DNA of 64,000 bases from an uncultured Clostridiaceae bacterium (GTDB taxonomy: Bacteria > Bacillota > Clostridia > Lutisporales > Lutisporaceae): positions 8,597 to 72,596 of the forward strand of contig CAYXUX010000001.1 of NCBI GenBank assembly GCA_964468275.1, given 5' to 3'. The notes beneath the pieces were generated by a model. The model worked only from the letters and a program-made list of their open reading frames with translations, searched no databases and was not told where the DNA came from. Positions within the stretch are counted from its first letter, which is position 1. Every line of letters begins with the position of its first letter. Positions 40,312-51,426 of the stretch are shown here, in pieces. The translations under genes were made by a program, and so were the position numbers.

Positions 40312-41718
40312 ATGGAACAAAAAAGAGAAAGTTGGGGTTCTCGATTTGGCTTTTTAATGGCAGCAGCAGGTTCAGCAGTTGGTTTAGGTAATATTTGGAG
40401 ATTCCCGTATATGACCGGTATGAACGGTGGCGGCGCATTTATTGTAATCTATTTAGGATGTGTTATATTAGTTGGATTAAGTATTATGATTGCTGAATTC
40501 GCAGTAGGTAGAAGAACACAACTTGCAGCAGTAGGAGCCTATAAGACCTATAGTAATAAATGGAGTTTTGCAGGTGTCTTAGGGGTTCTTAGTGGATTTT
40601 TCATTATGGGTTTTTATCCCGTTGTTGGCGGATGGTCTATGTATTATATTATCAAATCACTTACAGGACTATTAGCTGTTCCTGAAGCGATAGGTGATGT
40701 GTTTGGTGCCTTTATAGGCAACCCGGTACAACCGGTAATATGGATGCTAGTTTATTTAGCTGTAAACTTATTTATAGTTGCAAGGGGTGTGCAAGCTGGT
40801 ATAGAGTTGGCAGGTAAGATTTTGATGCCTATTCTTTATGTATTGCTTATTATTGTTACATTGAAGGGATTTACTATACCCGGTGCATCGGAAGGGTTAA
40901 GGTATTTATTTGTACCAAATTGGTCTGAAGTAACCGGCGGGACATTCTTGGCTGCATTAGGCCAGGCATTCTTCTCCCTTAGTTTAGGTATGGGCTGTAT
41001 GATTACTTACGGTAGCTACCTAAACAAAGAAGAAAAATTGCCGAATAATGCTCTAATAGTAGTATCCTTGGATACAAGTGTTGCATTGCTAGCAGGTCTT
41101 GCAATGTTCCCGGCATTATTTGCTTTTGGGTTGGAGCCGACTCAAGGTCCGGGCCTTGTTTTCGTAGTGGTACCTCAGATATTTGCTTCTATGGGAGGAA
41201 TAGGACCATTATTTTCTGCTATTTTCTTTGTAGCGTTATTTATTGCAGCTCTTACTTCATCAGTATCTTTGTTAGAAGTTTGTGTTGCATATTTGATGGA
41301 TGAAAAGAAAGTTGATAGAAGAAAGGCTACTTACGGCACCGGTGTTGTAATGGCAATACTATGTACACTATCCTCATTGTCCCTTGGCGCAATGTCAGGC
41401 GTAACCTTCTTAGGCGTTGGAGCTTTTGATTTCTTTGATATACTTACTGATAAGATATTCCTAGCAATTGGTGGTGCATTATTGGCTATATTTGCGGGAT
41501 GGTTCCTTAAGAAAGAAGATCTCAAAGATGAGCTTACAAACGGAGGAACACTACAATTTGGTTTATTTGAAGTATGGTATAATGTAGTAAAGTATGTTAT
41601 TCCAGTGTTAGTCGGAATAGTAGCTGCTGTAGGAATTGCATCAATAGAACAAACAGGTCTTATGTTATTTGGACTTGGCATAATTGTAGTTCTAGCCATA
41701 TTCTCAAAAAAATTATAA
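40312..41718 (+). CDS. Sodium-dependent transporter, NSS (SNF) family
   Basis: WGSRFGFLMAAAGSAVGLGNIWRFPY signature and about 11-12 TM helices. Confidence 0.88.
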   Translation: MEQKRESWGSRFGFLMAAAGSAVGLGNIWRFPYMTGMNGGGAFIVIYLGCVILVGLSIMIAEFAVGRRTQLAAVGAYKTYSNKWSFAGVLGVLSGFFIMGFYPVVGGWSMYYIIKSLTGLLAVPEAIGDVFGAFIGNPVQPVIWMLVYLAVNLFIVARGVQAGIELAGKILMPILYVLLIIVTLKGFTIPGASEGLRYLFVPNWSEVTGGTFLAALGQAFFSLSLGMGCMITYGSYLNKEEKLPNNALIVVSLDTSVALLAGLAMFPALFAFGLEPTQGPGLVFVVVPQIFASMGGIGPLFSAIFFVALFIAALTSSVSLLEVCVAYLMDEKKVDRRKATYGTGVVMAILCTLSSLSLGAMSGVTFLGVGAFDFFDILTDKIFLAIGGALLAIFAGWFLKKEDLKDELTNGGTLQFGLFEVWYNVVKYVIPVLVGIVAAVGIASIEQTGLMLFGLGIIVVLAIFSKKL

Positions 41719-41725
41719 AGTTAAT

Positions 41726-41757
41726 AAAACAGCTGTTGGCTAGCCAACAGCTGTTTT
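41726..41757. terminator. Bidirectional terminator between the convergent NSS gene and rqcH
   Basis: Perfect 32-nt palindrome AAAACAGCTGTTGGCTAGCCAACAGCTGTTTT with A/T runs on both sides. Confidence 0.7.
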
Positions 41758-41775
41758 AATGTATGGGTATTCCAT

Positions 41776-43548
41776 TCAATTAACTCTTTTTAATTGTTTT
41801 ATTCTAATCTCATCGGGAGTAATATAGATTGTATTATAATCCTTATATATAACCTTGCCCGGTTTGCTCCCGGCAGGTTTTTTTACATTTTTTCTATAAG
41901 TATAATCCACAGGAACGTTGGAAGATAATTTTCCTTTACTAAAATAAGCTGCAAGGTGAGCCGCTTCTAATAAGGTTATGTCATCAACTTCACCGTCTTT
42001 AGTTTTTATAATAACATGTGAACCGGCTATATCTTTAGTGTGAAGCCAAAGGTCAAGAGATGAAGCAAATTTCACCGTTAGATAATCATTTTGAATATTA
42101 TTCTTACCGATATAAATATCAAGGCCGGTACCAGATATAAAATGCATGGGTTTGGAAGTGTTTTTTATTTTCTTTACCTTGGGGCCTTTATTATTTACTT
42201 TTTTAATATAACCTTGTTGTTGCATTTCCCTTTTTATTTCATCAATTTCTTCTTCATTAAAGCACTTTTCCAAACTGTCTAAGACACTTTCAAGGTAGCA
42301 AATTTCCTCCTTTGCGTTTGTAATTTGTTCTGACAGTTGCCGTTGTGCCTTTTTTAATTTATTATAAGACTTGTAATACCTTTGCGCGTTTTCAATAGGT
42401 GTTAAATTTTTATCCAGATTTATTTCTACGGATTCTAAGCTTTCACTATAATAATTATCCAGTACTGCTTTGTTCATCCCTTTTTTTAAATTGTATTGAT
42501 TTGTCATTATTAAGTCGCCGCATAGTTTATAGTAGCTGCTTTTTATAGCTTCATTGTATTCACTTTTTAATGTGTCTATTTTTCTTATATTCCGTTTAAG
42601 TTTTATTATGATGCTTTTATGTAAGCTTGAAGTTTTTTGGTCAATCCTATTACGCTTATCTTTTTCGGAATAAAAGGTGTTTATAACTTCGCTTATACTT
42701 TTAAAATATTTTTTTTCATAAGAATTATATATTTCTAATTCAATTGCAGAAAAATCAATATTTTTATAAGCTTGTATTATAATATTTGGCTTAAAAACTG
42801 AACGTGATACAGTATCCAGTACTTTCCTAAATCCTAGGTATAGCTTTAGGATGGAACCTTTATCCAAATATTTAAGATCTGTATCAGATTCAATACCTGA
42901 AACAAAACATATTTCCTGAGATACTATAGGGCTGATGCCGTAGAATTTTTTTGAAAAATATTTATATGCCCTTATGCTGATTTCCAGATTCATTATATCA
43001 TCGACAAAAAGATTCTTGTCTATACTTAAAGGATCAATTTTTTCCTTAGCCGGCGGATATAAATATTCAACACCCGGTAATACTGTTCTGACACTGCTCA
43101 TAAGGGCATTAACTCTTTTAATACTGTCAATGATTTTAGTATCTTTTGAATCAATGAGAATAATGTTGCTATGGCGTCCCATTATTTCAACCATAAGGGA
43201 TTTCTGAACGTTATAACCCATATCATCTATACAATCAAATTGAAATTCAATTACTCTTTCTAAACTGAATTGTGTTATATTGATTATTTTGCTTCCTAGC
43301 AAATGTTTTCTTAACAGCATACAAAAAGAAGGAGCTATTAACGGATTGTTTTTCTTTTCAAAATAAAGATGAAGTCTTGGAAAAGAAGGGTTGGCAGAAA
43401 TAAACAACTTATGAGTATTCTTATCTTTTCTGATGAATAACAACAATTCGTCCTTTTCAGGTTGATATATTTTTTCTATCCGACCATTGAGTATGGTATA
43501 GTTAAGTTCTGAGACCAAAGCATTCATTGTTATACCGTCGAAAGGCAT
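41776..43548 (-). CDS. rqcH: Ribosome quality control factor RqcH (NFACT / fibronectin-binding protein A family)
   Basis: N-terminal MPFDGITMNALVSEL, a coiled-coil middle, and C-terminal DLWLHTKDIAGSHVII. The ATG at 43548 follows AGGAGG on the minus strand. Confidence 0.85.
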   Translation of the reverse strand: MPFDGITMNALVSELNYTILNGRIEKIYQPEKDELLLFIRKDKNTHKLFISANPSFPRLHLYFEKKNNPLIAPSFCMLLRKHLLGSKIINITQFSLERVIEFQFDCIDDMGYNVQKSLMVEIMGRHSNIILIDSKDTKIIDSIKRVNALMSSVRTVLPGVEYLYPPAKEKIDPLSIDKNLFVDDIMNLEISIRAYKYFSKKFYGISPIVSQEICFVSGIESDTDLKYLDKGSILKLYLGFRKVLDTVSRSVFKPNIIIQAYKNIDFSAIELEIYNSYEKKYFKSISEVINTFYSEKDKRNRIDQKTSSLHKSIIIKLKRNIRKIDTLKSEYNEAIKSSYYKLCGDLIMTNQYNLKKGMNKAVLDNYYSESLESVEINLDKNLTPIENAQRYYKSYNKLKKAQRQLSEQITNAKEEICYLESVLDSLEKCFNEEEIDEIKREMQQQGYIKKVNNKGPKVKKIKNTSKPMHFISGTGLDIYIGKNNIQNDYLTVKFASSLDLWLHTKDIAGSHVIIKTKDGEVDDITLLEAAHLAAYFSKGKLSSNVPVDYTYRKNVKKPAGSKPGKVIYKDYNTIYITPDEIRIKQLKRVN

Positions 43549-43584
43549 GATATTCCTCCTATGATACAAATTATTTTATATGGT

Positions 43585-43754
43585 TAAAGATTGTTACTGT
43601 TCTATTCCTGATAAGCAGCTTATTATATTTGTTACGATTGCCGTAGAGGCGATCTGTAATCGCCCGGTACAGCAGCTTTCCATTGAAGCATAAGATCCTT
43701 CGCTATTGCTCGGGATGGTGTTTATATACAATGCCTGAACTGTAACTAAAGATT
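43585..43754 (+). mobile_element. MITE-like copy X of the intergenic repeat: 154-bp body with 10-bp terminal inverted repeats, flanked by an 8-bp direct duplication
   Basis: GTTACTGTTC (43593-43602) versus GAACTGTAAC (43737-43746), 9/10 complementary. TAAAGATT lies at 43585-92 and 43747-54. Internally colinear with copy Y (ATAAGCA..ATTTGTTACGATTGC..ATCTGTAA..GGTACAG..CTTTCCA). Confidence 0.5.
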
Positions 43755-44243
43755 TTATATTTTAATTTACTATTAAATTATATCATGAATTTCTAAAAAA
43801 ACTATGATATATTGTATATATGAATTTTTTTGATTTGTAAGGATATTATATTATAATACCAATAAATATGTTTAATTGCTTTATAAAGCCATTGTATATA
43901 TGAAAGTTAATTTTTGATTTCACTATAAAATTTATATTTATGTTATAATATTGAAATAGATACCTATTAAAGACATGAGTCACTATATACATATAATTGT
44001 ATTTTTAGCACAGATTTTTATGTTTGTTATGGTTGCTAAGTTACAAAGTTAATGTCTCTAAGCTCATAAATGGAGAAATCAGATTCTTTCCGTTAGTTTG
44101 AATATTTGTTATGCTATTGTATTTTAGATTAAAATTATATAGAATTATATAGGACTTAGTTTGATTTAAAATGACTATAAAAATACGTCATATAGATTTT
44201 GTTATACGGTGCTTTTAAAAAGCATATTGGAAGGATTGATTAT

Positions 44244-45119
44244 TTGATTATAAGTATGACGGGTTATGGTAAAGGTGAACATGAAACGGACAAAATGAGA
44301 TTTATCATTGAAGTTAAATCCGTTAATCACAGATACGGAGATATAACCATTAGAATGCCAAGGACGATTGCTTCATTGGAGGAAAGGATAAGGAGATTTG
44401 CATTATCTTATATTAATAGAGGCAAAGTAGATATATATATTGGTTTTTATTCCCATGAGCAAAATGTTAATATTCAACCCGATAAAAATTTAGTAAAGTC
44501 ATATATACAAAGCCTTAATGCAATAAAAGATGAGTTTTCTTTGCACGATGATATAAATTTGCATTTATTAACACGATTTCCTGACGTGTTGAGGGTTGAA
44601 AAAATTGATGAGGAAGAAAACGTGATATGGGATATTTTAAAAATTGCATTACAGGATGCTCTTGAATCATTTTCTCAAATGAGAAAACGTGAAGGTGAAA
44701 GGCTTTATAAAGATATTTTAAAGAAAATCAGTTCTATAGAAAGATATATCAGTGATATAAGTGCTGCATCTAAGGATGCTGCTGTTATTGCTAAAGATAA
44801 GTTTTATGATAGAATTAAGGAATTAATAGGGGACATTAATCTTGATGAGAATAGGTTGATTACAGAAGCAGCAATAATGGCGGATAAAGCAAGTATAGAC
44901 GAAGAAGTTGTAAGATTAAAAAGCCATATAGAAGAATTTAAAAAAACCCTAGATGATAATGTTTCTTCAGGTAAAAAACTGGATTTTATAATTCAAGAAA
45001 TAAATAGAGAAGCAAACACTATTGCTTCAAAATCTAACGAATTAAGCATAATCAATAATGTAGTTAATATCAAAACAGAAGTTGAAAAGATAAGAGAACA
45101 GGTACAAAATATAGAATAA
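44244..45119 (+). CDS. yicC: YicC family stress-induced protein
   Basis: N-terminus LIISMTGYGKGE and C-terminal KLDFIIQEINREANTIASKS. TTG 44244 lies 8 nt after GGAAGGA. Confidence 0.85.
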   Translation: MIISMTGYGKGEHETDKMRFIIEVKSVNHRYGDITIRMPRTIASLEERIRRFALSYINRGKVDIYIGFYSHEQNVNIQPDKNLVKSYIQSLNAIKDEFSLHDDINLHLLTRFPDVLRVEKIDEEENVIWDILKIALQDALESFSQMRKREGERLYKDILKKISSIERYISDISAASKDAAVIAKDKFYDRIKELIGDINLDENRLITEAAIMADKASIDEEVVRLKSHIEEFKKTLDDNVSSGKKLDFIIQEINREANTIASKSNELSIINNVVNIKTEVEKIREQVQNIE

Positions 45120-45133
45120 CGGAGGGCGAATAA

Positions 45134-45406
45134 ATGGCTATAAAGTTAATAAATATCGGGTTTGGTAATATTATTTCCGCCAATAGATTAATAGCAATTG
45201 TAAGTCCGGAGTCTGCGCCGATTAGAAGGATTATTCAGGAAGCCAGAGACAGAGGGATGTTAATTGATGCTACATACGGAAGAAGGACAAGGGCAGTAGT
45301 AATAACCGATAGCGATCATATTATCTTATCGGCTGTACAACCCGAGACGGTAGCACATAGACTAATTGATAAAGAAGCAGTAAATGATGATGATGCTATA
45401 AAATAA
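45134..45406 (+). CDS. remA: Extracellular matrix/biofilm regulator RemA (DUF370)
   Basis: [51 protein letters not shown] is highly conserved RemA sequence. Confidence 0.88.
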   Translation: MAIKLINIGFGNIISANRLIAIVSPESAPIRRIIQEARDRGMLIDATYGRRTRAVVITDSDHIILSAVQPETVAHRLIDKEAVNDDDAIK

Positions 45407-45426
45407 TTATTGTTGGATGTGATTAA

Positions 45427-46050
45427 GTGGACGGTTATAAAGGTATGCTTATCGTAATTTCCGGACCTTCGGGGGTGGGTAAAAGCACCATTTGTAAATC
45501 ATTAATCGAAAAGAAATTAAATAATGTGGAATTATCAGTATCTGCTACCACTAGAAAGCAAAGAATAAGCGAAGTTGATGGAATCAGTTATTACTTTAAA
45601 AGTGAACATGAATTTCAAGAAATGATTTACAGAAATGAATTTTTAGAATATGCTAAGGTATATGATAATTACTACGGTACACCAAAGCAGCATGTTATTG
45701 ATAAATTGGTAAAAGGAATTAATGTAATACTGGAAATTGATACGCATGGTGCTATGCAGGTAAAGAGTAACTATGAAAAGGGTGTTTTTATTTTTATTAT
45801 GCCCCCTTGTTTTAACATTTTAAAAACCAGAATACTAAAAAGAGGAACGGAGTCAAAGGGCGATATAAAGAAAAGATTAGAATCGGCATTTGGAGAAATT
45901 CATGAAATCATTAATTATGATTATATAGTTGTTAATGATGATGTAGACAAAGCTGTCGATAAAATTGTATGTATCTTAAATGCTGAAAGTTGTAGAACAA
46001 ATAGATATAAAATTGATTTTACTGAATTCAAGGAGGAGTTTTATGATTAA
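45427..46050 (+). CDS. gmk: Guanylate kinase
   Basis: GPSGVGKST P-loop, SATTRKQR and EYAKVYDNYYGT motifs. Confidence 0.92.
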   Translation: MDGYKGMLIVISGPSGVGKSTICKSLIEKKLNNVELSVSATTRKQRISEVDGISYYFKSEHEFQEMIYRNEFLEYAKVYDNYYGTPKQHVIDKLVKGINVILEIDTHGAMQVKSNYEKGVFIFIMPPCFNILKTRILKRGTESKGDIKKRLESAFGEIHEIINYDYIVVNDDVDKAVDKIVCILNAESCRTNRYKIDFTEFKEEFYD

Positions 46051-46258
46051 TTCTACGTTATCATTGTTGTTAGATAAAGTCGATAGTAAATATTCTTTGG
46101 TTGTTGCCGTTTCAAAAAGAGCAAGGCAGCTTGTAGATGGAAAAGACAGTTATGTTGATAGCAATTCGAGCAACCCTGTTTCTATTGCAATACAGGAAAT
46201 TTCCGAAGAGAAAATAGTATGCATTAATAATATGAAAGATGATCAAATAGGTGAATAA
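46043..46258 (+). CDS. rpoZ: DNA-directed RNA polymerase subunit omega
   Basis: LLDKVDSKYSLVVAVSKRARQL. ATG 46043 follows GGAGGAG and overlaps the gmk end. Confidence 0.85.
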   Translation: MINSTLSLLLDKVDSKYSLVVAVSKRARQLVDGKDSYVDSNSSNPVSIAIQEISEEKIVCINNMKDDQIGE

Positions 46259-46259
46259 A

Positions 46260-47477
46260 ATGCTAAAAGGCAAAAATGTTGTGCTTGGTGTATGTGGCGG
46301 TATATCCGCTTACAAAGTATGCGATCTTGTTAGCAGGTTAAAAAAGAAAGAAGCTAATATATATGTAATAATGACAAGGGCCTCTGCAAAATTTGTTAAT
46401 CCCTTGACCTTCCAGTCTCTGTCATTGAATAAAGTTGTTTCGGATATGTTTGATAAACCTTCCTATCTAGAAATAGATCATATATCTTTGGCAAAAAAAG
46501 CGGATATTTTTATAATTGCGCCGGCCACAGCAAATATTATTGGAAAAATAGCAAATGGCATAGCTGATGATATGCTTTCAACTACAGTCATGGCTACGAA
46601 AGCGCCTATAGTGCTTGTTCCGGCAATGAACAGTAATATGTATGAAAATCCGGTGTTGCAGAACAATATTTCAATGCTTAAAAGATATGGTTATATTTTC
46701 ATAGAACCGACTGAAGGAAGACTGGCTTGCGGAGATACCGGAAAAGGGAAAATGGCGGAACCTGAATATATTGAAAAATTTATAACCGGATTTTTAACTT
46801 CCTCATCGGAACTTAAAGGAAAGAAGATAATTGTAACAGCAGGACCTACAAGAGAATCAATAGATCCCATAAGATATATATCAAATCATTCAACGGGTAA
46901 AATGGGCTATGCCATAGCCGAAAAAGCTGCTCGAAGAGGAGGGGAAGTATATCTTATTTCCGGTCCTACCGATTTGGAAACGCCAATAGGTGTGAATATT
47001 ATCAATGTTACATCTGCCGATGAAATGCAAAGCACAATTATGGAGCATTATTGTAATGCAGATGTTGTAATTAAGAGTGCAGCGGTTTCGGATTATAAAC
47101 CTGCGGAAATCAGTAACCAAAAAATAAAAAAAGAAGATATGGATTTACTAATCAGGTTAAGAAAAAATCCTGATATATTGTATGAACTGGGAAAAATCAA
47201 AGGAGAAAAGATTTTAGTAGGCTTTGCAATGGAAACCCAAAATTTATTAGAAAATGCAAAGGAAAAAGTCAGTAAGAAGAATTTAGATTTTATTGTAGCC
47301 AATGATTTAAATCAAGAAGGTGCAGGTTTCGCATTTGATACAAACGTAGTCAAAATTATTGATAAAAATGGTCATGTGGAAAACATCCCCAAGATGGCAA
47401 AGACCGACTTGGCTGATATAATTATAGATAAGGTAATTATGCTTTTAAAAAAGAAAAATATTAATAAACAGTTGTAA
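46260..47477 (+). CDS. coaBC: Bifunctional phosphopantothenoylcysteine decarboxylase / phosphopantothenate--cysteine ligase
   Basis: GVCGGISAYK flavoprotein N-terminal domain, PAMNSNMY, and C-terminal ligase domain (ISNHSTGKMG). Confidence 0.92.
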   Translation: MLKGKNVVLGVCGGISAYKVCDLVSRLKKKEANIYVIMTRASAKFVNPLTFQSLSLNKVVSDMFDKPSYLEIDHISLAKKADIFIIAPATANIIGKIANGIADDMLSTTVMATKAPIVLVPAMNSNMYENPVLQNNISMLKRYGYIFIEPTEGRLACGDTGKGKMAEPEYIEKFITGFLTSSSELKGKKIIVTAGPTRESIDPIRYISNHSTGKMGYAIAEKAARRGGEVYLISGPTDLETPIGVNIINVTSADEMQSTIMEHYCNADVVIKSAAVSDYKPAEISNQKIKKEDMDLLIRLRKNPDILYELGKIKGEKILVGFAMETQNLLENAKEKVSKKNLDFIVANDLNQEGAGFAFDTNVVKIIDKNGHVENIPKMAKTDLADIIIDKVIMLLKKKNINKQL

Positions 47478-47490
47478 AAGAAAAAGAAAA

Positions 47491-47522
47491 ATAAAAGCGT
47501 ACCTCAGGTACGCTTTTATTAT
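47491..47522 (+). terminator. Rho-independent terminator after coaBC
   Basis: AAAAGCGTACC-TCA-GGTACGCTTTT followed by ATT. Confidence 0.7.
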
Positions 47523-47542
47523 CTAATCGGGTGGTGTATTAA

Positions 47543-49984
47543 ATGCATAATTTTAGAATAGCAGAAATAATAGTAGATAATAAATGTAAGGAAACAGACA
47601 AAATATTTAATTATTTTGTTCCTTTTAATATGTCCGTTAATATTGGTCATAGAGTAATAATACCTTTTGGAAGAGGAAATAAAAAAATAGCAGGATATGT
47701 AATAGGTTTTACCGAAAAAATTGATTTTGATCGAAACAAATTAAAAAGTATTATTAAGCTGGCTGAACCGGAACCGTTAATACCTGCTAAAATTATTGAA
47801 TTAATAAAGTGGATGAGAAATAAATATTTATGTTTTTATATTGAAGCAATCCACGCTGTTCTTCCGGCTAATGTAAGAATTAAAACTACTTATTATTATG
47901 AATTGATTAATAATTATAACAAAGAAGAATTACAAGGGCAGAGCAATATTGATACCATAGCGGATGTATTGGAATTTATAGAATCAAATGACGGTATGAC
48001 ATCAAAAGAAGAATTAAGAGACAGTTTCAATGATAATTTTCTTGATAATGCACTTAGAAGACTTATAAGTTTAAATATGATTAGGAGAAGACAAGCCGTA
48101 AAAAAGATAGAAAGCAAGAAATATGAGAAGCTGATTTATATGAATAAAGAATATATTGATAAAGTGAAAGTACCAAGAAATGCAAAAAGGCAAATTCAAG
48201 CATTAGAAATTATCAAAGATAAACCGGGTATAAGTATAACTGAAATTAAAAAAGATTACGATATCAGTGCAGCTGTCATTAGAAGTTTATTAAATAAAAA
48301 TATTATAAATATAAAAGAAAAAGAACTGTACAGACTTGTTCAGGAAGAATCAAAGATGAACCAAGTCAAAATTCTTACTGCCGATCAAAAAAAAGCTATT
48401 GATGAGATTAATGATAATTTTGATAAAGGATATCATGTTCTTTTACATGGAGTAACAGGCAGCGGAAAAACAGAGATATACCTTAAACTGATAGAAAAAG
48501 AATTGCTTGAAGATAAACAAGGTATAATTTTGGTACCTGAAATATCTTTAACGCCACAGATGATAAGAAGGTTTGTTAATAGATTTGGTAATACGGTAGC
48601 AGTGTTGCACAGCGGTTTATCCGATGGTGAAAAATATGATGAGTGGAGGAGAATAAGAGAGGGCAAGGCAAAAGTTGCGGTTGGGGCAAGGTCTGCCATA
48701 TTTGCACCTTTTGACAACTTGGGAATCATTATCATAGATGAAGAACATGAGCATACCTATAAATCTGAAATGAAACCAAAATATAAAGCCGAAGAAATAG
48801 CTATTAAAAGGTGCCAACTTGAAGGATGCAAATTATTATTAGGCTCTGCTACACCTTCTATAGAAACATATTACAAAGCAGAAAAACGATTTAAGAATTT
48901 TAGTCTTGTCGCTTTAAGAAGAAGAATAAACCAAATGGATATGCCGGATATTGAAATTGTGGATATGAGAGAAGAGCTGAAAACCGGCAATAAGAGTATA
49001 TTCAGTGTAAACTTGCAAAATGCAATTGTTGAAAAACTTGGAGAGGGGGGACAAGTAATACTTTTCTTGAATAGAAGAGGCTATTCGACTTTTGTTTCCT
49101 GCAGAAATTGCGGATATGTGGTTAAATGCCCATATTGTAATATTTCTTTAACATATCATGCTAAAGGAAACTACCTATCATGCCATTATTGCGGATACTC
49201 TGCCAATAATCCTGAATATTGTCCAAATTGTAAAAGCAAATACATTAAATATTTTGGGATAGGAACGCAAAAAGTAGAAGGTGAATTTAAAAAAAGTTTT
49301 GGAGATATCAATGTCTTAAGGATGGATGCCGATACAACAACCAGAAAAAATTCACATAAGGAAATTTTAAACAAGTTCCGCAATAGAAATGCTGATGTTT
49401 TGATAGGGACTCAAATGATAGGAAAAGGTCATGATTTTCCTCTAGTTACTCTAGTAGGGATAATATCATCCGATACTTACCTTAACATGCCGGATTTTAG
49501 AGCCGCTGAGAAAACCTTTCAAATGATAACTCAAGCCGGGGGAAGGGCGGGAAGAGCAGATTTACCCGGAAATGTTATTGTGCAAACATATTCACCGGAA
49601 CATTATAGTATTATACATGCAAAATTTCACGATTATGAAGGGTTTTATAGAGAAGAGATTAAGCTGAGAAAAGAGTTAAATTATCCGCCTTTTTCGTGCA
49701 TAGGCAGTATAATTATCAGCAGTTATGAAAAAAGCATAGCAGAAAAAAAAGCCAAAGAAGCCGGAGAAATTTTATCGAAATATGCAAGAATGATAAAAAA
49801 TATTGAAGTATGGAAACCATCTGCGGCACCTTTGTCCAAAATCAAAAACAAATATAGATGGCAGATTATTTTAAAAAGTAAAAATGAAGAACAAATGTTG
49901 GAGGTTTTAAAAAAGTTTAATAAATTAAACTTTAATAAAACAGTGTTTATGAGTATGGATATTAACCCTATAAGTATGCTATAG
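47543..49984 (+). CDS. priA: Primosomal replication restart helicase PriA
   Basis: [10 protein letters not shown] Walker A, IIDEEHE, and a Cys-rich zinc region (CRNCGY..CPYC..CHYCGY..CPNC). Confidence 0.92.
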   Translation: MHNFRIAEIIVDNKCKETDKIFNYFVPFNMSVNIGHRVIIPFGRGNKKIAGYVIGFTEKIDFDRNKLKSIIKLAEPEPLIPAKIIELIKWMRNKYLCFYIEAIHAVLPANVRIKTTYYYELINNYNKEELQGQSNIDTIADVLEFIESNDGMTSKEELRDSFNDNFLDNALRRLISLNMIRRRQAVKKIESKKYEKLIYMNKEYIDKVKVPRNAKRQIQALEIIKDKPGISITEIKKDYDISAAVIRSLLNKNIINIKEKELYRLVQEESKMNQVKILTADQKKAIDEINDNFDKGYHVLLHGVTGSGKTEIYLKLIEKELLEDKQGIILVPEISLTPQMIRRFVNRFGNTVAVLHSGLSDGEKYDEWRRIREGKAKVAVGARSAIFAPFDNLGIIIIDEEHEHTYKSEMKPKYKAEEIAIKRCQLEGCKLLLGSATPSIETYYKAEKRFKNFSLVALRRRINQMDMPDIEIVDMREELKTGNKSIFSVNLQNAIVEKLGEGGQVILFLNRRGYSTFVSCRNCGYVVKCPYCNISLTYHAKGNYLSCHYCGYSANNPEYCPNCKSKYIKYFGIGTQKVEGEFKKSFGDINVLRMDADTTTRKNSHKEILNKFRNRNADVLIGTQMIGKGHDFPLVTLVGIISSDTYLNMPDFRAAEKTFQMITQAGGRAGRADLPGNVIVQTYSPEHYSIIHAKFHDYEGFYREEIKLRKELNYPPFSCIGSIIISSYEKSIAEKKAKEAGEILSKYARMIKNIEVWKPSAAPLSKIKNKYRWQIILKSKNEEQMLEVLKKFNKLNFNKTVFMSMDINPISML

Positions 49985-50015
49985 TAATACTAGGACAATA
50001 GTTAGGAGGTATGAA

Positions 50016-50477
50016 ATGGCGATAAGAAATATTAGAAAAGATGAAGATGAAATTTTAAGGAAATTATCAAGAAAAGTTGATAAAATAGATGATAGAATTA
50101 TTACTTTACTAGATGATATGGCGGAAACAATGTATAATTCAGAAGGTGTGGGACTCGCAGCACCCCAAGTAGGCGTATTAAGAAGAGTCGTTGTGATTGA
50201 TGTAGGTGATGGATTGATTGAATTGATAAATCCTGTAATTGTTTTAGAAGAAGGAGAGCAGTTTCGTAAAGAAGGCTGTTTAAGCATACCCGGGAAGTAC
50301 GGAGTTGTAAAAAGACCTGAAAAGGTTATCGTTAAAGCATTAAATAAAAAAGCTGAAATTATTGAAATCAAAGGTGAAGAGTTATTGGCAACTGCGCTAT
50401 GTCATGAGATAGACCACTTAAACGGAGTATTATTTACTGATAAAGCCATTAATATAGAAACTCAGGAGAATGAATAG
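50016..50477 (+). CDS. def: Peptide deformylase
   Basis: [18 protein letters not shown] and HEIDHLNG motifs. Confidence 0.93.
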   Translation: MAIRNIRKDEDEILRKLSRKVDKIDDRIITLLDDMAETMYNSEGVGLAAPQVGVLRRVVVIDVGDGLIELINPVIVLEEGEQFRKEGCLSIPGKYGVVKRPEKVIVKALNKKAEIIEIKGEELLATALCHEIDHLNGVLFTDKAINIETQENE

Positions 50478-50479
50478 AT

Positions 50480-51412
50480 ATGAATATTGTATTTATGGGT
50501 ACACCTAAATTTGCAGTCCCTTGTCTTGAAGCCTTATTTAATAAGGGTTACGAAATCAGCACCGTCATAACACAGCCCGATAAGCCAAAAGGCAGAGGAA
50601 AGAAAATTGTGGAGCCCGAGGTTAAAACTGTTGCTAAAAAAATGGGTATAGCTGTGCATCAACCAAGCAGAATAAGCGAACCTGATTTTCTAAACCATAT
50701 AAAGGATTTAAATCCCGATTTGATAGTAGTTGTAGCTTTTGGACAGATATTGACAAAGGAAATATTAGATTTGCCCAATTATGGATGCATAAATGTTCAT
50801 GCTTCTTTACTTCCCAAGTTAAGAGGGGCGGCACCAATCAATTGGAGCATTATAAACGGTGATAAAATCACGGGTATTACCATTATGTATATGGATTCCG
50901 GGCTTGATACCGGTGATATAATATTACAGGAATCAATAAATATCGGAGAAGAAGAAACCGCCGGAGAGCTTCATGACCGCTTAGCAATTTTAGGTTCCAA
51001 AGCATTGATAGAGGCTGTAGAATCTATAGAAAACGATGAAGTGGCCAGAACTAAACAAAACCATGATGAAGCCAGTTATGCACCAATGTTGACAAAGGAA
51101 ATGGGGAGAATTGATTGGTCTATGGATGCCGTTAAGATAAAGAATTTAATAAGAGGTACTTATCCATGGCCCGGTGCCTATTCTTTTTATGACGGGAACA
51201 TGTTTAAAATATTTTCTGTTGAAACAGTGCATGATAATGTTTCAAATGATGATTGGGGTATGATTTGCGAAGTTGAAAAGGAATATTTTACTGTAAAATG
51301 CAAAAAAGGTTTTTTGAGAATAATAGAATTACAATTTCAAAATAAAAAGAAAATGAGTGTAGAATCCTATTTAAAAGGACATGAAATTTTAATAGGAAAA
51401 ATATTATCGTGA
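50480..51412 (+). CDS. fmt: Methionyl-tRNA formyltransferase
   Basis: INVHASLLPKLRGAAPI motif; follows def. Confidence 0.93.
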   Translation: MNIVFMGTPKFAVPCLEALFNKGYEISTVITQPDKPKGRGKKIVEPEVKTVAKKMGIAVHQPSRISEPDFLNHIKDLNPDLIVVVAFGQILTKEILDLPNYGCINVHASLLPKLRGAAPINWSIINGDKITGITIMYMDSGLDTGDIILQESINIGEEETAGELHDRLAILGSKALIEAVESIENDEVARTKQNHDEASYAPMLTKEMGRIDWSMDAVKIKNLIRGTYPWPGAYSFYDGNMFKIFSVETVHDNVSNDDWGMICEVEKEYFTVKCKKGFLRIIELQFQNKKKMSVESYLKGHEILIGKILS

Positions 51413-51426
51413 AGGAGGCTGAAATT

